64,000 nt of DNA, from the NCBI GenBank assembly GCA_040217195.1, contig JAVJNR010000004.1, forward strand, positions 736,001 to 800,000, given 5' to 3'. Origin of the DNA: Leptospiraceae bacterium. Lineage in GTDB: Bacteria; Spirochaetota; Leptospiria; Leptospirales; Leptonemataceae. Every line of letters begins with the position of its first letter. The first letter of the stretch is position 1. Shown in pieces: positions 41,015 through 51,423 of this stretch. The notes under the pieces were generated by a model. That model saw only the letters and a list, made by a program, of their open reading frames with translations. It did not search any database and was not told where the DNA came from. A program made the translations under genes and the position numbers.

Positions 41015-43213
41015 ATGGAAGGCCAGGCAACAAAAACAGACCGGAATGATGGAGCTTCCCAGGTCTTCCAGGACAACGAATCGGCGGAATGGCTGGTGCT
41101 GGCCGTGGATGATGACCCGCTTTACAGAAAGACAACTGGATTCGCTCTCAAAGGCTTCAGCACCCTGCGAAAGTCGGTGAGGCTATTGCAGGCCGGATCT
41201 TATGAAGAAGCCTGTGCCGTTGTAACTCAGAATCCGGACATTGCACTCATTCTGCTAGATGTAGTAATGGATACTGACGACGCTGGATTTCGGGTGGTTC
41301 GGGCCATTCGGGATGTAATGGGTAATTCTCAGGTACGAATCGTAATGATTACCGGTCAGCCAGGTTTCTCCAGTATGGCAGAAAGCCTGCGCGAGTACGA
41401 TATAAACGATTACTGGAGCAAAACCGAGCTTTCCGCCGAACGATTGAGAGCTGTGGTCACAGCGAACGTACGAGCTTACCAACACCTGGTTACTGTAGAA
41501 CGAGCCCGGAAAGGACTGCAGCTGATTGCAGAGTCCAGTAATGCACTTTCGGAAGCAAAAACGCTGGAAGAGTTCTCAACCAGAATGATTGTTTCCATCT
41601 CAAAGCTTTTGCAGGTAGCTGCGGATGGCATTGTATGTGTTGCAATTCCAACCGGGACACCGCCAAGGATTATTGCATCTGCCGGAGCACTTTCGCAGAG
41701 CAATGGAGACAAACTTTCCAGTCTTACAGATAAAAATATCCAGGAGGTGCTTACTCAAACGATTAGAAATGGGACATCTCAGTTCGAAAAGGATTTCACA
41801 GCACTCTACTTCCCTCGAGAACTGGCTGGATCCGAATATGCTGCTTACGTAGCCACCGGGCGGAATCTATCGGAAACGGAAATTCAGTTATTACGAGTCT
41901 TTGTGGAAAACCTGGGACGAGGACTGCATAATGTGGCCCTCTTTAGCAGACTGGACCATATGGCTTACAATGATCCTCTGGTTGACCTTCCAAATGAGAA
42001 TTCGCTCATCCGCTCAATCAATGCACTTCTGGGTCGACCTGGCCAGACCCTCATTCTGCTGAACATAGATGGATTCTCTGATTTAAACCTATCGCTGGGT
42101 AGCGAAATGGGAGACCGTCTATTAAAGAGAGTGGCCAGGTGCCTGCAGGAATCCATTGATCCACTGGTAATCAAAGCACGTTTGCATGATGATATTTTTG
42201 CGCTTCTCGGAGCTGATTCCAAACTGGATCCAGCGGCACTGGAATACTTAATTGAGCAATCCATTCAAGACCTGGGTCTGGGTACATTGAGCTTGAGCAC
42301 GGTCACCTGCGATCTGGCCCAGCCCGCCGCCAATGGAATGGAAGTAATTACTCAGGCCCGACTTTCATTAAAGCTGGCGCGCAAGCAAGGACTCAGGCGT
42401 AGAGTGCGAACGGATCCCGGTATTTCAATCCTGGCCCAGGCCAGATACGAATTGCTCAGCGCCTTCCACGAAGCATTAGATAAGGAAGAAATCACCATAG
42501 CACTGCAACCTCAGCTGGATTTAAAAACCGGCCACACCGCCGGAGCAGAGGCTCTGGCAAGATGGACCACTACCGAAGGCCGAATGGTTTCTCCGGGAGA
42601 GTTCATTCCCCTGGCAGAAACCACTGGCCTGATTCTGCGGATGGGAGACCAAATCATTAAGCGAACCATTGAAGCGGCTTCCATCTTAAAAAAGGAAGGT
42701 TTGGTCGGCTTAAGATTGGGATTTAATGTATCCGCAACTCAGTTATTGCAATCCGGATTCCTGGAGCGCCTGGCAGAAAGAATCAAGCATTCAGACGTCG
42801 AGGGTTCCGATCTGGAACTTGAGATAACCGAATCAGCAGCAATGCAGGATTTTGATCGGGTAATCGATGTACTGGCTGGAGTTCGCAATCTGGGCATTCA
42901 AGTGGCCATCGACGATTTTGGTACTGGATTTTCCTCCCTGGCGTACCTGAAGAAGCTTCCAGCCGACCGGCTAAAAATCGACAGGACTTTTGTAAACGAG
43001 GTGGGACTGGATGATTCCAGCCTTTCTATCGCTGAAAACATCATCGAGCTGGCCAATAAACTGAGCCTGGAAACGATAGCAGAAGGAGTGGAAACGCCGC
43101 AGCAAGCCGATTGGCTAAAGGAACGAAACTGCCAGCAAGTTCAGGGCTTCTATTATGCCAGGCCCATGCCACTACCGGACTTTGTAAAATGGGTCCGATC
43201 CAATGACAAATGA
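41015..43213 (+). CDS. REC-DUF3369-GGDEF(degenerate)-EAL c-di-GMP phosphodiesterase
   Basis: VDDD, LLDVVM, ITGQPG; HDDIF in place of GGDEF; AEALAR, EITES, DDFGTGFSSL, EGVE, QGF. Confidence 0.92.
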   Translation: MEGQATKTDRNDGASQVFQDNESAEWLVLAVDDDPLYRKTTGFALKGFSTLRKSVRLLQAGSYEEACAVVTQNPDIALILLDVVMDTDDAGFRVVRAIRDVMGNSQVRIVMITGQPGFSSMAESLREYDINDYWSKTELSAERLRAVVTANVRAYQHLVTVERARKGLQLIAESSNALSEAKTLEEFSTRMIVSISKLLQVAADGIVCVAIPTGTPPRIIASAGALSQSNGDKLSSLTDKNIQEVLTQTIRNGTSQFEKDFTALYFPRELAGSEYAAYVATGRNLSETEIQLLRVFVENLGRGLHNVALFSRLDHMAYNDPLVDLPNENSLIRSINALLGRPGQTLILLNIDGFSDLNLSLGSEMGDRLLKRVARCLQESIDPLVIKARLHDDIFALLGADSKLDPAALEYLIEQSIQDLGLGTLSLSTVTCDLAQPAANGMEVITQARLSLKLARKQGLRRRVRTDPGISILAQARYELLSAFHEALDKEEITIALQPQLDLKTGHTAGAEALARWTTTEGRMVSPGEFIPLAETTGLILRMGDQIIKRTIEAASILKKEGLVGLRLGFNVSATQLLQSGFLERLAERIKHSDVEGSDLELEITESAAMQDFDRVIDVLAGVRNLGIQVAIDDFGTGFSSLAYLKKLPADRLKIDRTFVNEVGLDDSSLSIAENIIELANKLSLETIAEGVETPQQADWLKERNCQQVQGFYYARPMPLPDFVKWVRSNDK

Positions 43214-45045
43214 AACTGTTAAACGGGTTTCTAAATAAATGCTCCATAGCCTACGCCCATCGAATGACTATTTTTCGCAGGATGCTCCCTTTAACCGGAG
43301 CTTTCTTGCTTGCATCCGGCATACTATACAATTATCGATCTGAAGCGGCCCTTGAAAGACTACACTCAAATCAACTATCTCTTCTTTCGGATACCAGCAA
43401 TCTTCTTTCGCATGGAATGTTTGAATCCCTGCGAGAGCTGGACTACATGGCCAATCAATTTGAACAACTCCGTCCGGGGACCGGGAATGGAAGAGGAATA
43501 GAGAAACTCCGCACAGTCTTTCTTTCTGCTGCGGAATTGAATGATCGCTATTTGCAAATACGATGGATTGACACTTCCGGAATGGAACGTGTGAGAGTGA
43601 ATAGGCTCGATTCGGGTCCGTCGGTAATGGATGCATCCGCACTACAGAATAAAAGCAGTCGGTACTATGTTCAGGAAGCTTCCAGGTTACCTCGGGGGGA
43701 ATTCTACATTAGCAATTGGGATCTAAACCAGGAAGGCGGAGCCATTCAAGTGCCCTACGTTCCAGTGATTAGAATCGCGAGGCCTGTTTTTGATGGATCT
43801 GGAAAACGGGCTGGAATGCTGGTCATTAACCTCGATGCCAGACAGCTACTTCCTCTGCTGGATAGATTGTCCGAGGAGCGGAATCCAGACCTTTTTTTGA
43901 TTGATAGCAAGGGAGAATGGATCAAAGGCGAAACTCCAGAAGATAGCTGGAGCGAGGATCTAGACCGTGCTGAATCATTCGCACAAAGGTACCCGGAACT
44001 CTGGGAAACAATAACAAATGCAAGTGCAGGAGAATACACAGGCGAAGAGGGCTACTGGGTCTTTTCCAGGTTCTCTTTTCATCTTATGGGTTTTTCCACC
44101 GGCTGGAAGATCCGTTCCCCCGAATGGATTCTGGTGACTCGCTCTGCAGTCAGCACCTTTATGGGCTTTCATTTGCGTTCATTTTTGGAAAGCTTGATCT
44201 TCTTTCTGGGCTCTGGAATACTACTGGTTTTGATTTTCGCTCAAAAATTCATCTCAGAATCGGAGCGAAAGGAGCTAATGAACAACCTTGATCGAACTCG
44301 CTCTCGCTTGATGCGTGCTGAACGGCTATCGTCCATGGGCCTTTTGATGGCCGGCCTTTCCCATGAACTCAATACACCCATCGGCGCAGCTCAGTTGATG
44401 ACTTCATCGCTCATGAATGAGCTGGCTGAATCAGAAAAAACCGATAGATCTAAATTGGAACCTGCCCGGCTATCCGACGGGTTAAGCTTAATCAAAGATG
44501 GACTGGATCGCGCCGCTGACCTGGTGCGAACGATCAAGAGGATGAGTGTGGACCGACAATCTGCCCGGCTTCAGTGGTTTAATCTTTCTGAGGTTGTCCA
44601 GGATGTCAGCCGAATTATGGAAGCCGCCTTTACCGAACAGAACCATCGAATTCAATTAGAAATTGATCCTAAAATCAAGCTCTTTGGAGCACCGGGTCCT
44701 TTGAGCGAAGTAATACAGATTCTGGCTGCAAATGCTCTGGAACATGCTTTCGAATCCAGAAATGGAGTTTTGAGTATCAAAGCTACACAGAGTCAACGGT
44801 ACTGCTATCTGAGCATCTCAGATAATGGAATGGGAATCGACCAGGGATCATTACTTCATATATTTGATCCTTTTTTCACCACAGCCAGAAATAGAGGTCA
44901 TGCTGGAATTGGATTGAGCATTGCCCAGGAACTTGTCCACGGGGCTCTGCAGGGACGAATCAACGTACGAAGTGCCAGCGCTTCCGGTACAAGATTTAGA
45001 ATTTCCATGCCTCTGGTTGCACAGCCACCACGCAATATCCGCTGA
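43210..45045 (+). CDS. Cache-domain sensor histidine kinase
   Basis: Two TM segments flanking a Cache region (QIRWID..G.ERVRV, QNKSSRYY, DLNQE); HELNTPIG, DNGMGI, FDPFFTT; ATGA overlap with the EAL gene. Confidence 0.92.
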   Translation: MKLLNGFLNKCSIAYAHRMTIFRRMLPLTGAFLLASGILYNYRSEAALERLHSNQLSLLSDTSNLLSHGMFESLRELDYMANQFEQLRPGTGNGRGIEKLRTVFLSAAELNDRYLQIRWIDTSGMERVRVNRLDSGPSVMDASALQNKSSRYYVQEASRLPRGEFYISNWDLNQEGGAIQVPYVPVIRIARPVFDGSGKRAGMLVINLDARQLLPLLDRLSEERNPDLFLIDSKGEWIKGETPEDSWSEDLDRAESFAQRYPELWETITNASAGEYTGEEGYWVFSRFSFHLMGFSTGWKIRSPEWILVTRSAVSTFMGFHLRSFLESLIFFLGSGILLVLIFAQKFISESERKELMNNLDRTRSRLMRAERLSSMGLLMAGLSHELNTPIGAAQLMTSSLMNELAESEKTDRSKLEPARLSDGLSLIKDGLDRAADLVRTIKRMSVDRQSARLQWFNLSEVVQDVSRIMEAAFTEQNHRIQLEIDPKIKLFGAPGPLSEVIQILAANALEHAFESRNGVLSIKATQSQRYCYLSISDNGMGIDQGSLLHIFDPFFTTARNRGHAGIGLSIAQELVHGALQGRINVRSASASGTRFRISMPLVAQPPRNIR

Positions 45046-45243
45046 GGTTTCCTGGCATTATCGCATTAGCGCAGCCCATCCGAAAGCACCCAATTTTGAA
45101 TCAAACGATTCGGTGCTCCTATAGCAGCTCCGGAAGCCATATTTCCACTGGACTTCCGAGCGCGATTCGTTCACAACTGGAAATCGGCCAATCCAATGAG
45201 CGAAGAAGTCTTTAACTACAGTGCAGCCAATCCCCCACAAAAA

Positions 45244-46968
45244 TCATGTATTCATTCGATAGGATTCCTTGAGCGACATCACCTTCTCGAATACTCGCCT
45301 TTCTCTGGATGGATCATGGGAGGGGCGTTTGACCATCTCCAGGCATAGCTTCTGCTGTTCTTCCGTGGTAATGGCTTTCTCATAGAGCTCCACTGCATGT
45401 CCGCTAATGTCTCGAACAAATACTGAGAAAATCTGATCCAGGACATCGGAGTCCACATCTCTGGCATATGGCCCATCAGTTTCCGCCTGCTCCAGAATTA
45501 GAGAAGAATAAGAAATTATGGAGAAGATCTCTCCCACTGCCAGCATGAAATCTATATCCTTGCTTTGTTCAGCGGACGGAGCCGTATCCTTTAAGAATTT
45601 GATAAATGTCTCGATTTGCTCAACCAGGACCCCTGCATTCGGAGCCTTATTCGCAGAAGCAGTCTGAAACTTGGGCCGCCAGGGACCAAATGGAATTTCA
45701 TCCAGGCCTTTGGTAGTAGCTCCCTGATTAAAAAGAAAATCCTCTTCATTCGGCGCCTCCGATGCAGGCGCTGCAGGTACAGTTCGTTCATCGAATAGAA
45801 AGGAATGCATGAATCGCACAGTAAGCATCATGTTCACATGAACTGTACCTTCCAGCTTTGGCAACATGCGAATGTCTCTTGTGGCAGATTCAAAATAGAC
45901 ATCCTTCTCAAAGCCTCGAGCTGCGATTACGTCCCAGAGGCGTTCAATGACTTTTTCGCCTTCCAGAGTAACTTTCATTTTCTCCAGTGGATTGAACAAT
46001 AGATATCGTCGATCCTCAGAGGATGCAATTCGCATATAATCTTTGGCTCGGTAGCTAAACATACGCATGGCCACCAGTCTGGCATAAGCCTCATTGAACA
46101 GCTGCTTGATATGCGGAAAATCAGTTACATAATTTCCGTAGAGCTTTCTTGCTGCAGCATGATTCAGGGCTTCGTAGAAGCTATGTGTGGCAATACCTAC
46201 ACTGGCAAGACCCAGATTGAATTTTGCGAAGGCAACGGTGGCCAGAGAGGCATCCCAGGCAGCCCGGCCTCGAGATACAATTTCTGCATCTGTAATTGGA
46301 TAGTCATGAAGCTCCAGTTCCGCCACGTACTTCTGGGAACGAACTACATTCTGAGTGCATTCGTATTTTGGATGATCGGTCTCTACGACAAAGAATACGT
46401 ACTCCTTCTTCTTCTCTTTAAGCTTGGCGAAAATGGATACATATCCTGCCACATTTCCGTTTCCGATGTAGTATTTATCTCCCCGCGCCAGGTACTTACC
46501 GTCTCCCTGCGGAATCAATTCCATGTCGCTGGAGATCAGGTCTGCACCATGTTCTTTTTCTGAAAGACCAAAGGCGAAGACCTTACCGTCCTTTAGTTTC
46601 TGAGCGGTTCGCTTCTTAACTTCTTCGTTATTTCCGATCCATATGGGCCCCAGACCCAGGATGCTTACCTGCCAGGTATACCAGTGGGACAGAGAATAGA
46701 ACCCAAGGATTTCGCTGAAGGCTGTATTTCTGGCTGTATCCCATCTACAATTTTCATCTCCATAGGCAGACGGTGTCAGAAAATTATAGAAGACTTGATT
46801 CTCTTTCAGAAAGCCAAGAAAATCATCGTACCAGATCACTTCATGATCCTCTTTTTTCATCTCTGCCAGACCCTTGGCTTCAAAGAATTGGATGGTCTTC
46901 GCAAATATATCCTGAGTACGTTTATCGAAGTTAGAGTAATCGGCCTTGAGTGGATTCAGTAATGTCAT
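45244..46968 (-). CDS. Acyl-CoA dehydrogenase family protein
   Basis: AFGLSEKEHGADL, GDKYYIGN, LPKLEGTVHVN. Confidence 0.9.
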   Translation of the reverse strand: MTLLNPLKADYSNFDKRTQDIFAKTIQFFEAKGLAEMKKEDHEVIWYDDFLGFLKENQVFYNFLTPSAYGDENCRWDTARNTAFSEILGFYSLSHWYTWQVSILGLGPIWIGNNEEVKKRTAQKLKDGKVFAFGLSEKEHGADLISSDMELIPQGDGKYLARGDKYYIGNGNVAGYVSIFAKLKEKKKEYVFFVVETDHPKYECTQNVVRSQKYVAELELHDYPITDAEIVSRGRAAWDASLATVAFAKFNLGLASVGIATHSFYEALNHAAARKLYGNYVTDFPHIKQLFNEAYARLVAMRMFSYRAKDYMRIASSEDRRYLLFNPLEKMKVTLEGEKVIERLWDVIAARGFEKDVYFESATRDIRMLPKLEGTVHVNMMLTVRFMHSFLFDERTVPAAPASEAPNEEDFLFNQGATTKGLDEIPFGPWRPKFQTASANKAPNAGVLVEQIETFIKFLKDTAPSAEQSKDIDFMLAVGEIFSIISYSSLILEQAETDGPYARDVDSDVLDQIFSVFVRDISGHAVELYEKAITTEEQQKLCLEMVKRPSHDPSRERRVFEKVMSLKESYRMNT

Positions 46969-47130
46969 AATAACCTTCTTTTTTTCGCATACAGCTTGAA
47001 TTCTTCGACTAAAAGAAACCGTAAGCTGGAATGCTCGAATTCATAACAGGTAGAGTGCCTTGCCGGGATGTAGGGGAAAAACACAACAGGGCTCTATGGG
47101 AAATTCAACGCCCTTCAATTCAAGAGAAAA

Positions 47131-47643
47131 ATGAAAACTCTATTGCTCAAGACTTACAATCTAACTGTGTTCAAAATCATACTGAAGATGTTTGCGACAT
47201 TAGCCAGGACCAGGATCTTCGCCGGTTTTGTTCGACTGATTATGCGCTGGATGGCTGGACTGGTTCACTGGGCCAACGGTGCTCCCAGGGCGAATACACC
47301 GAAGGATCTGGCCCGGATCTGGCAAGAGTTGATGCCCTCCCAAAACGAATTTCCTGTTCAGGAACAAGCCGGTTTTGATTCAACCTGGAGCCCGGAAAAC
47401 AAAAGCAAAACGCAGACCAATGTGGTTGCACTTGGGCAAATCCATCTGCATTGCCCGCTCAGGGGCTCGGACAATTCCCTGGCCTGCCATCAACTGATGG
47501 AGTTCGATCGGGAGCTAATTCGAAAATCTGGCGGTGAACTCAGAGTGCTGGATTCACAGTCCAGCTCCGGTCGAAACTACTGTACCGTAGCTGTCCGCAC
47601 AGTAGCGGATGCCAGAAGTGCTACTGATTCTAGTTTACCTTGA
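47131..47643 (+). CDS. Hypothetical protein (possible V4R/ATC-hydrolase-like Cys motif)
   Basis: HCPL...ACHQLMEFDR...GG.LRVL...C pattern; family assignment tentative. Confidence 0.6.
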   Translation: MKTLLLKTYNLTVFKIILKMFATLARTRIFAGFVRLIMRWMAGLVHWANGAPRANTPKDLARIWQELMPSQNEFPVQEQAGFDSTWSPENKSKTQTNVVALGQIHLHCPLRGSDNSLACHQLMEFDRELIRKSGGELRVLDSQSSSGRNYCTVAVRTVADARSATDSSLP

Positions 47644-47916
47644 TCTTGCTTTTTTCCGGCCCGTTGTGTCGCTGATTCTCTTTCTTTGTGATCTTGCTTT
47701 TTTCTGACCTTTCGTCTCTCTGATTCTGGATCTCTCGGTTCTGGATCATCCTTGCTCTCCTTCTAGCTGCTTCTATTTTTTTCCCGGTGTCTGCGCTTCG
47801 AGAAGCCTATCCAAACCAAATAGCCAGGAATGGAGCAGGAATCTGTAATGCGACGATTTTATAGATTCTGGGTGAATCCGAGTTGCACTTTAGATCTGTA
47901 TCTGAGAAAATCAGAT

Positions 47917-48192
47917 ATGAAACTTTATAGATTCATGACTCTGATTGCTATTCTTGCATCTGGAATGCTTTTCTCATGCACCACCTATATGTACCGCGCC
48001 ATCTGCTTTAGTGCAGGTACCGAAATCTATGAAGGTCATGTAGAAATCAAAAGACCAGTAACCATTCCTGGACTTCTGGGAATGGATGTATTTCCCGAGA
48101 ATTCCTGGCTAAAGACCGCCGATGGGGCCTACATTCGCGGCGACTGCGTCGTGCAACCAATGCGAATTGATGGAAAAGACGAAAAGCATTAA
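47917..48192 (+). CDS. Small hypothetical lipoprotein
   Basis: MKLYRFMTLIAILASGMLFSC lipobox. Confidence 0.65.
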   Translation: MKLYRFMTLIAILASGMLFSCTTYMYRAICFSAGTEIYEGHVEIKRPVTIPGLLGMDVFPENSWLKTADGAYIRGDCVVQPMRIDGKDEKH

Positions 48193-48312
48193 GACCAGAA
48201 ACCGAAAACCTGGCGTGAGTTTTCAGGACCGGTCGGCTGTGCACTTTGAGGCAGCAACGCCCATTTCTTTCGCAGTGCAACGGCTCAAGTTAACCGTCTT
48301 TTAGATTATTCG

Positions 48313-49242
48313 ATGCGAAATCTGGAGCTGGACACCTGGTTACTGCAAGGAGATATCTCCATCCAGTATCAAGCCATGCGAGATCTCCAGGGGTTCGATA
48401 ATCCAGATTTGCAGGCCAGAATTTCAATAGAAGGATGGGGCAAAACATTCCTGTCCAGGTGGCACCCTGATCCGCCCGGATGGGGAGAGGATTTCTACCA
48501 GCCAAACTGGATTTCCACACATTACACACTTCTGGATCTTAGAAACCTGAACCTCAGTCCTGAAAACGAGATCGCTCGTAATACTTTACATTATGTTCTG
48601 AACTCCGGGATGGCGAAGGATGGAGGAATTCCACTGGGGCCTTCAACCCGCGATCGCAGTGATGTATGCGTAAACGGGATGTTTCTGAACTATGCATCCT
48701 ATTTTCGCATACCAGAAAAGGAACTGGAATCCGTTGTAGATAGTATTCTTTGCGAAGTCATGCCGGATGGTGGCTTCAATTGCAGAAGCAATCGCAGCGG
48801 CGCCGTACATAGCTCCATGCATTCAACGATTTCCGTGCTGGAAGGATTATGCGAATTTCAGAAAAGAGGTTTTGATTACCGAAAGAAAGAGATACAAAAA
48901 TCCATCCAGACTTCGGAAGAATTCTTGCTAATGCATCGATTATATAAATCAGATCGTACTGGAAAGATTATTCATAAAGATTTCCTGAAGCTTGCCTATC
49001 CATGCCGATGGAAATATGATATTCTCCGTGCTCTGGACTGCTTTCAGCATGCGAAGAAAAAATGGGATCCCAGAATGAGCGATGCAATGGAAGCTCTTAT
49101 TAAGAAAAGAAATCCGGACGGAACCTGGAATATGCAGGCAGCCCATGCCGGACAACAGCACTTTCTTCTGGAGAAAGCAGGAAAGCCCGGTCGTTTCAAT
49201 ACGCTCCGTGCATTAAGAGTACTGAAACATTTCGGCGCATAG
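48313..49242 (+). CDS. Prenyltransferase/squalene-cyclase repeat (alpha-alpha barrel) protein
   Basis: Repeated DGG(F/W)N motifs, YQPNWISTHYTL, YPCRWKYDILRAL, NTLRALRVL. Confidence 0.8.
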   Translation: MRNLELDTWLLQGDISIQYQAMRDLQGFDNPDLQARISIEGWGKTFLSRWHPDPPGWGEDFYQPNWISTHYTLLDLRNLNLSPENEIARNTLHYVLNSGMAKDGGIPLGPSTRDRSDVCVNGMFLNYASYFRIPEKELESVVDSILCEVMPDGGFNCRSNRSGAVHSSMHSTISVLEGLCEFQKRGFDYRKKEIQKSIQTSEEFLLMHRLYKSDRTGKIIHKDFLKLAYPCRWKYDILRALDCFQHAKKKWDPRMSDAMEALIKKRNPDGTWNMQAAHAGQQHFLLEKAGKPGRFNTLRALRVLKHFGA

Positions 49243-49352
49243 ATATCAACACAGCCCGGGCCCTCCGAAAATGCAAGAAAGCTGCATCCGTCCGCTTCAA
49301 GTTGTATCCAATGCTAACTCAGTCTTTTCTGCCTACCCGGGCTCACCGTCCT

Positions 49353-51152
49353 TTACTTTCTAAGTGCATTTATGTTGGCCTTTCCAGGACCTACCATGGG
49401 CATAACCAGTTCCTGACCAATTTTTAGCTGCAACAGTCCAGGTCCTGTATAACTGAAAAGCCAGTCCAGTCCGTGCGCCACCGCCGATGGAAGAGTTCGA
49501 CTATAGCACGTCTGTCCCGAACTCTCCGATTCAGAAATGACAGACTTACCAGCGATACCGAAAGATTCAGCCAGTGCAGCGAAATCCGGACTGCTTTTGA
49601 ACTTCTCCTCACTGAAACGATCCTGAAAGAATAGATTCTGCTGCTGATGAACCAATCCCAGATGCCCATTGTCCAGAACGATTATCTTAACGTTGGCTTC
49701 CAGATCTTTCAACGTAGCAAGCTCCTGAATATTCATCAAGATCGAACCATCGCCCGTGATGCACGTTATACATTCATTGGGACGCCCCAGGGCAGCCCCC
49801 AGCGCTGCCGGCAAACCGAATCCCATGCTGCCCAGACCGCCGCTGGTCAATAATTGCCCCATTCGCTGAAACGGATAGTACTGAGCCACCCACATTTGAT
49901 GCTGACCCACGTCTGTGGTTACTGGTCCGAACCGAGAAAGATTGGAAATTCGATTAAAGAATGGATGAATATCGCCTCGATTTCCAAATAAAGAAGGTTC
50001 ATCCTGTCGACCATCTTCTGCTTCCATTATTTCCTTTCGCCTGATGGCCCATCGATTCCATCGGCTGGAAAGCGTTGCAGTACCCTGAGAAGGGCTACGA
50101 AGATGAAAGGCACTGTATCCTTGCTTCTCAAGACCTTCCGAGAGTTCACCCAGAAAGCTCCTGGCATCCATGGCCAGCGGTAGATCCACAGATACATTCT
50201 TTCCGAACTCGGGCCAATGAATATCTGCATGAATGATCTTCGCAGCCGGGGCAAAAGAGTCGGTTTTACCGGTGGCCCGGTCATCAAACCGTACTCCAAG
50301 AGCAATCATCAAATCACAGTCATGAACCATGCGATTTGTGGCAGCACTTCCATGCATTCCAATCATCCCCAGGTTCAAAGGATCGTTCGCCGGCAGACAG
50401 CCCAGTCCCATAAGGCTTTGAACCACTGGTATCTGATACATTCTGGAAAATGTTCGAATAAGCTCCTGAGCATCTTTCGCTCCGCCGCCGGCATAGATCA
50501 GAGGTCGTTCGCTGGAAATTAGCCAGCGAATCGCTCTGTGGATTCCCTGGGCCCTGGAGGGAGGCAATGCGATAGAACTGAGCTGAATGTCTTTAGGAAT
50601 ATCAATCAGAACAGGACCCGGCCGACCGGATAACATTTGCTCATAGGCTGTTTCCAGAATAAAAGGAAGCTTGGAAGCCCGATCCACATAGAATGCTTCC
50701 TTTACCATAGGAGAAAGCATTTCAACTATGGGAACCTCCTGAAATGCATCGGTTCCCTTTAAGGCTCGATCCACCTGACCGGCGATAACCAGAAGAGGAA
50801 TACTGTCGCGCATTGCATCGGCAACAGAAGTAATGATATTTGTAGCGCCAGGACCGGACGTTACGAAACAGGCGCCTACCTGCCCGGTGCTGCGATACAG
50901 CCCCTGAGCCATAAAGGCTGCAGATTGCTCATGTCGAATGAGAATATGTTTCAGTCCGGAGCCATGCAGCGCATCGTATATGGGAAGTATGGCCCCACCC
51001 GGCATTCCTGCTACCCAGGGCACTCCTTTCTCTTTGAGAAAATCGATTACTAACCTGGCCCCTGTTGTTTTGTGCTCCTGCACATCCGGCGATTTAGAGC
51101 GTGGCCGGGCCGGCTCGCGAATTAACGGTTTCTGCAATGTTCCTTCAGTCAT
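49353..51152 (-). CDS. ilvB: Acetolactate synthase large subunit
   Basis: GMPGGA, RHEQ, TSGPGATN, DAFQE, GMHG, RFDDR, DVGQHQMW, GDGS..MNIQEL..N. Confidence 0.95.
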   Translation of the reverse strand: MTEGTLQKPLIREPARPRSKSPDVQEHKTTGARLVIDFLKEKGVPWVAGMPGGAILPIYDALHGSGLKHILIRHEQSAAFMAQGLYRSTGQVGACFVTSGPGATNIITSVADAMRDSIPLLVIAGQVDRALKGTDAFQEVPIVEMLSPMVKEAFYVDRASKLPFILETAYEQMLSGRPGPVLIDIPKDIQLSSIALPPSRAQGIHRAIRWLISSERPLIYAGGGAKDAQELIRTFSRMYQIPVVQSLMGLGCLPANDPLNLGMIGMHGSAATNRMVHDCDLMIALGVRFDDRATGKTDSFAPAAKIIHADIHWPEFGKNVSVDLPLAMDARSFLGELSEGLEKQGYSAFHLRSPSQGTATLSSRWNRWAIRRKEIMEAEDGRQDEPSLFGNRGDIHPFFNRISNLSRFGPVTTDVGQHQMWVAQYYPFQRMGQLLTSGGLGSMGFGLPAALGAALGRPNECITCITGDGSILMNIQELATLKDLEANVKIIVLDNGHLGLVHQQQNLFFQDRFSEEKFKSSPDFAALAESFGIAGKSVISESESSGQTCYSRTLPSAVAHGLDWLFSYTGPGLLQLKIGQELVMPMVGPGKANINALRK

Positions 51153-51190
51153 GGTCTTTTCCTGACCCTGACAATCCGGACGGAGATATC

Positions 51191-51350
51191 TGGTATGACC
51201 CCCCGCCAGGACTGGCAGGGGAAATGGTTTAACTCACCCTGCCATGAAGCATACCACGACCACCATCACTACTGTGACGTTTAGAGTCAGTATGCTGTTT
51301 GCGGAGCGAATCACTGAGGACAATATCGAAAGATTTGCCCTGACAGTCAA
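51191..51350 (-). promoter_or_regulatory. ilvB promoter and attenuator region
   Basis: TTGACT-N17-GATATT promoter; hairpin CCCCTGCCA-GTCC-TGGCGGGGG competes with TGGCAGGG from the end of the leader. Confidence 0.75.
51234..51314 (-). CDS. Putative ilvB attenuator leader peptide (MIRSANSILTLNVTVVMVVVVCFMAG)
   Basis: GTG start; 7 Val within 9 codons plus Ile/Leu; stops 81 nt before ilvB; overlaps alternative hairpins. Confidence 0.75.
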   Translation of the reverse strand: MIRSANSILTLNVTVVMVVVVCFMAG

Positions 51351-51423
51351 CTCCGGAAAGAATAAAAATCTACGGTATTGGATTTTGGAGTGGTGCAAAT
51401 AGAGCCCCCCATCCGAATGATCC

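Noticed and set aside
48313..49242. Squalene-hopene cyclase / hopanoid cluster
   Set aside because: About half the expected length, no DXDD motif and no hpn genes nearby
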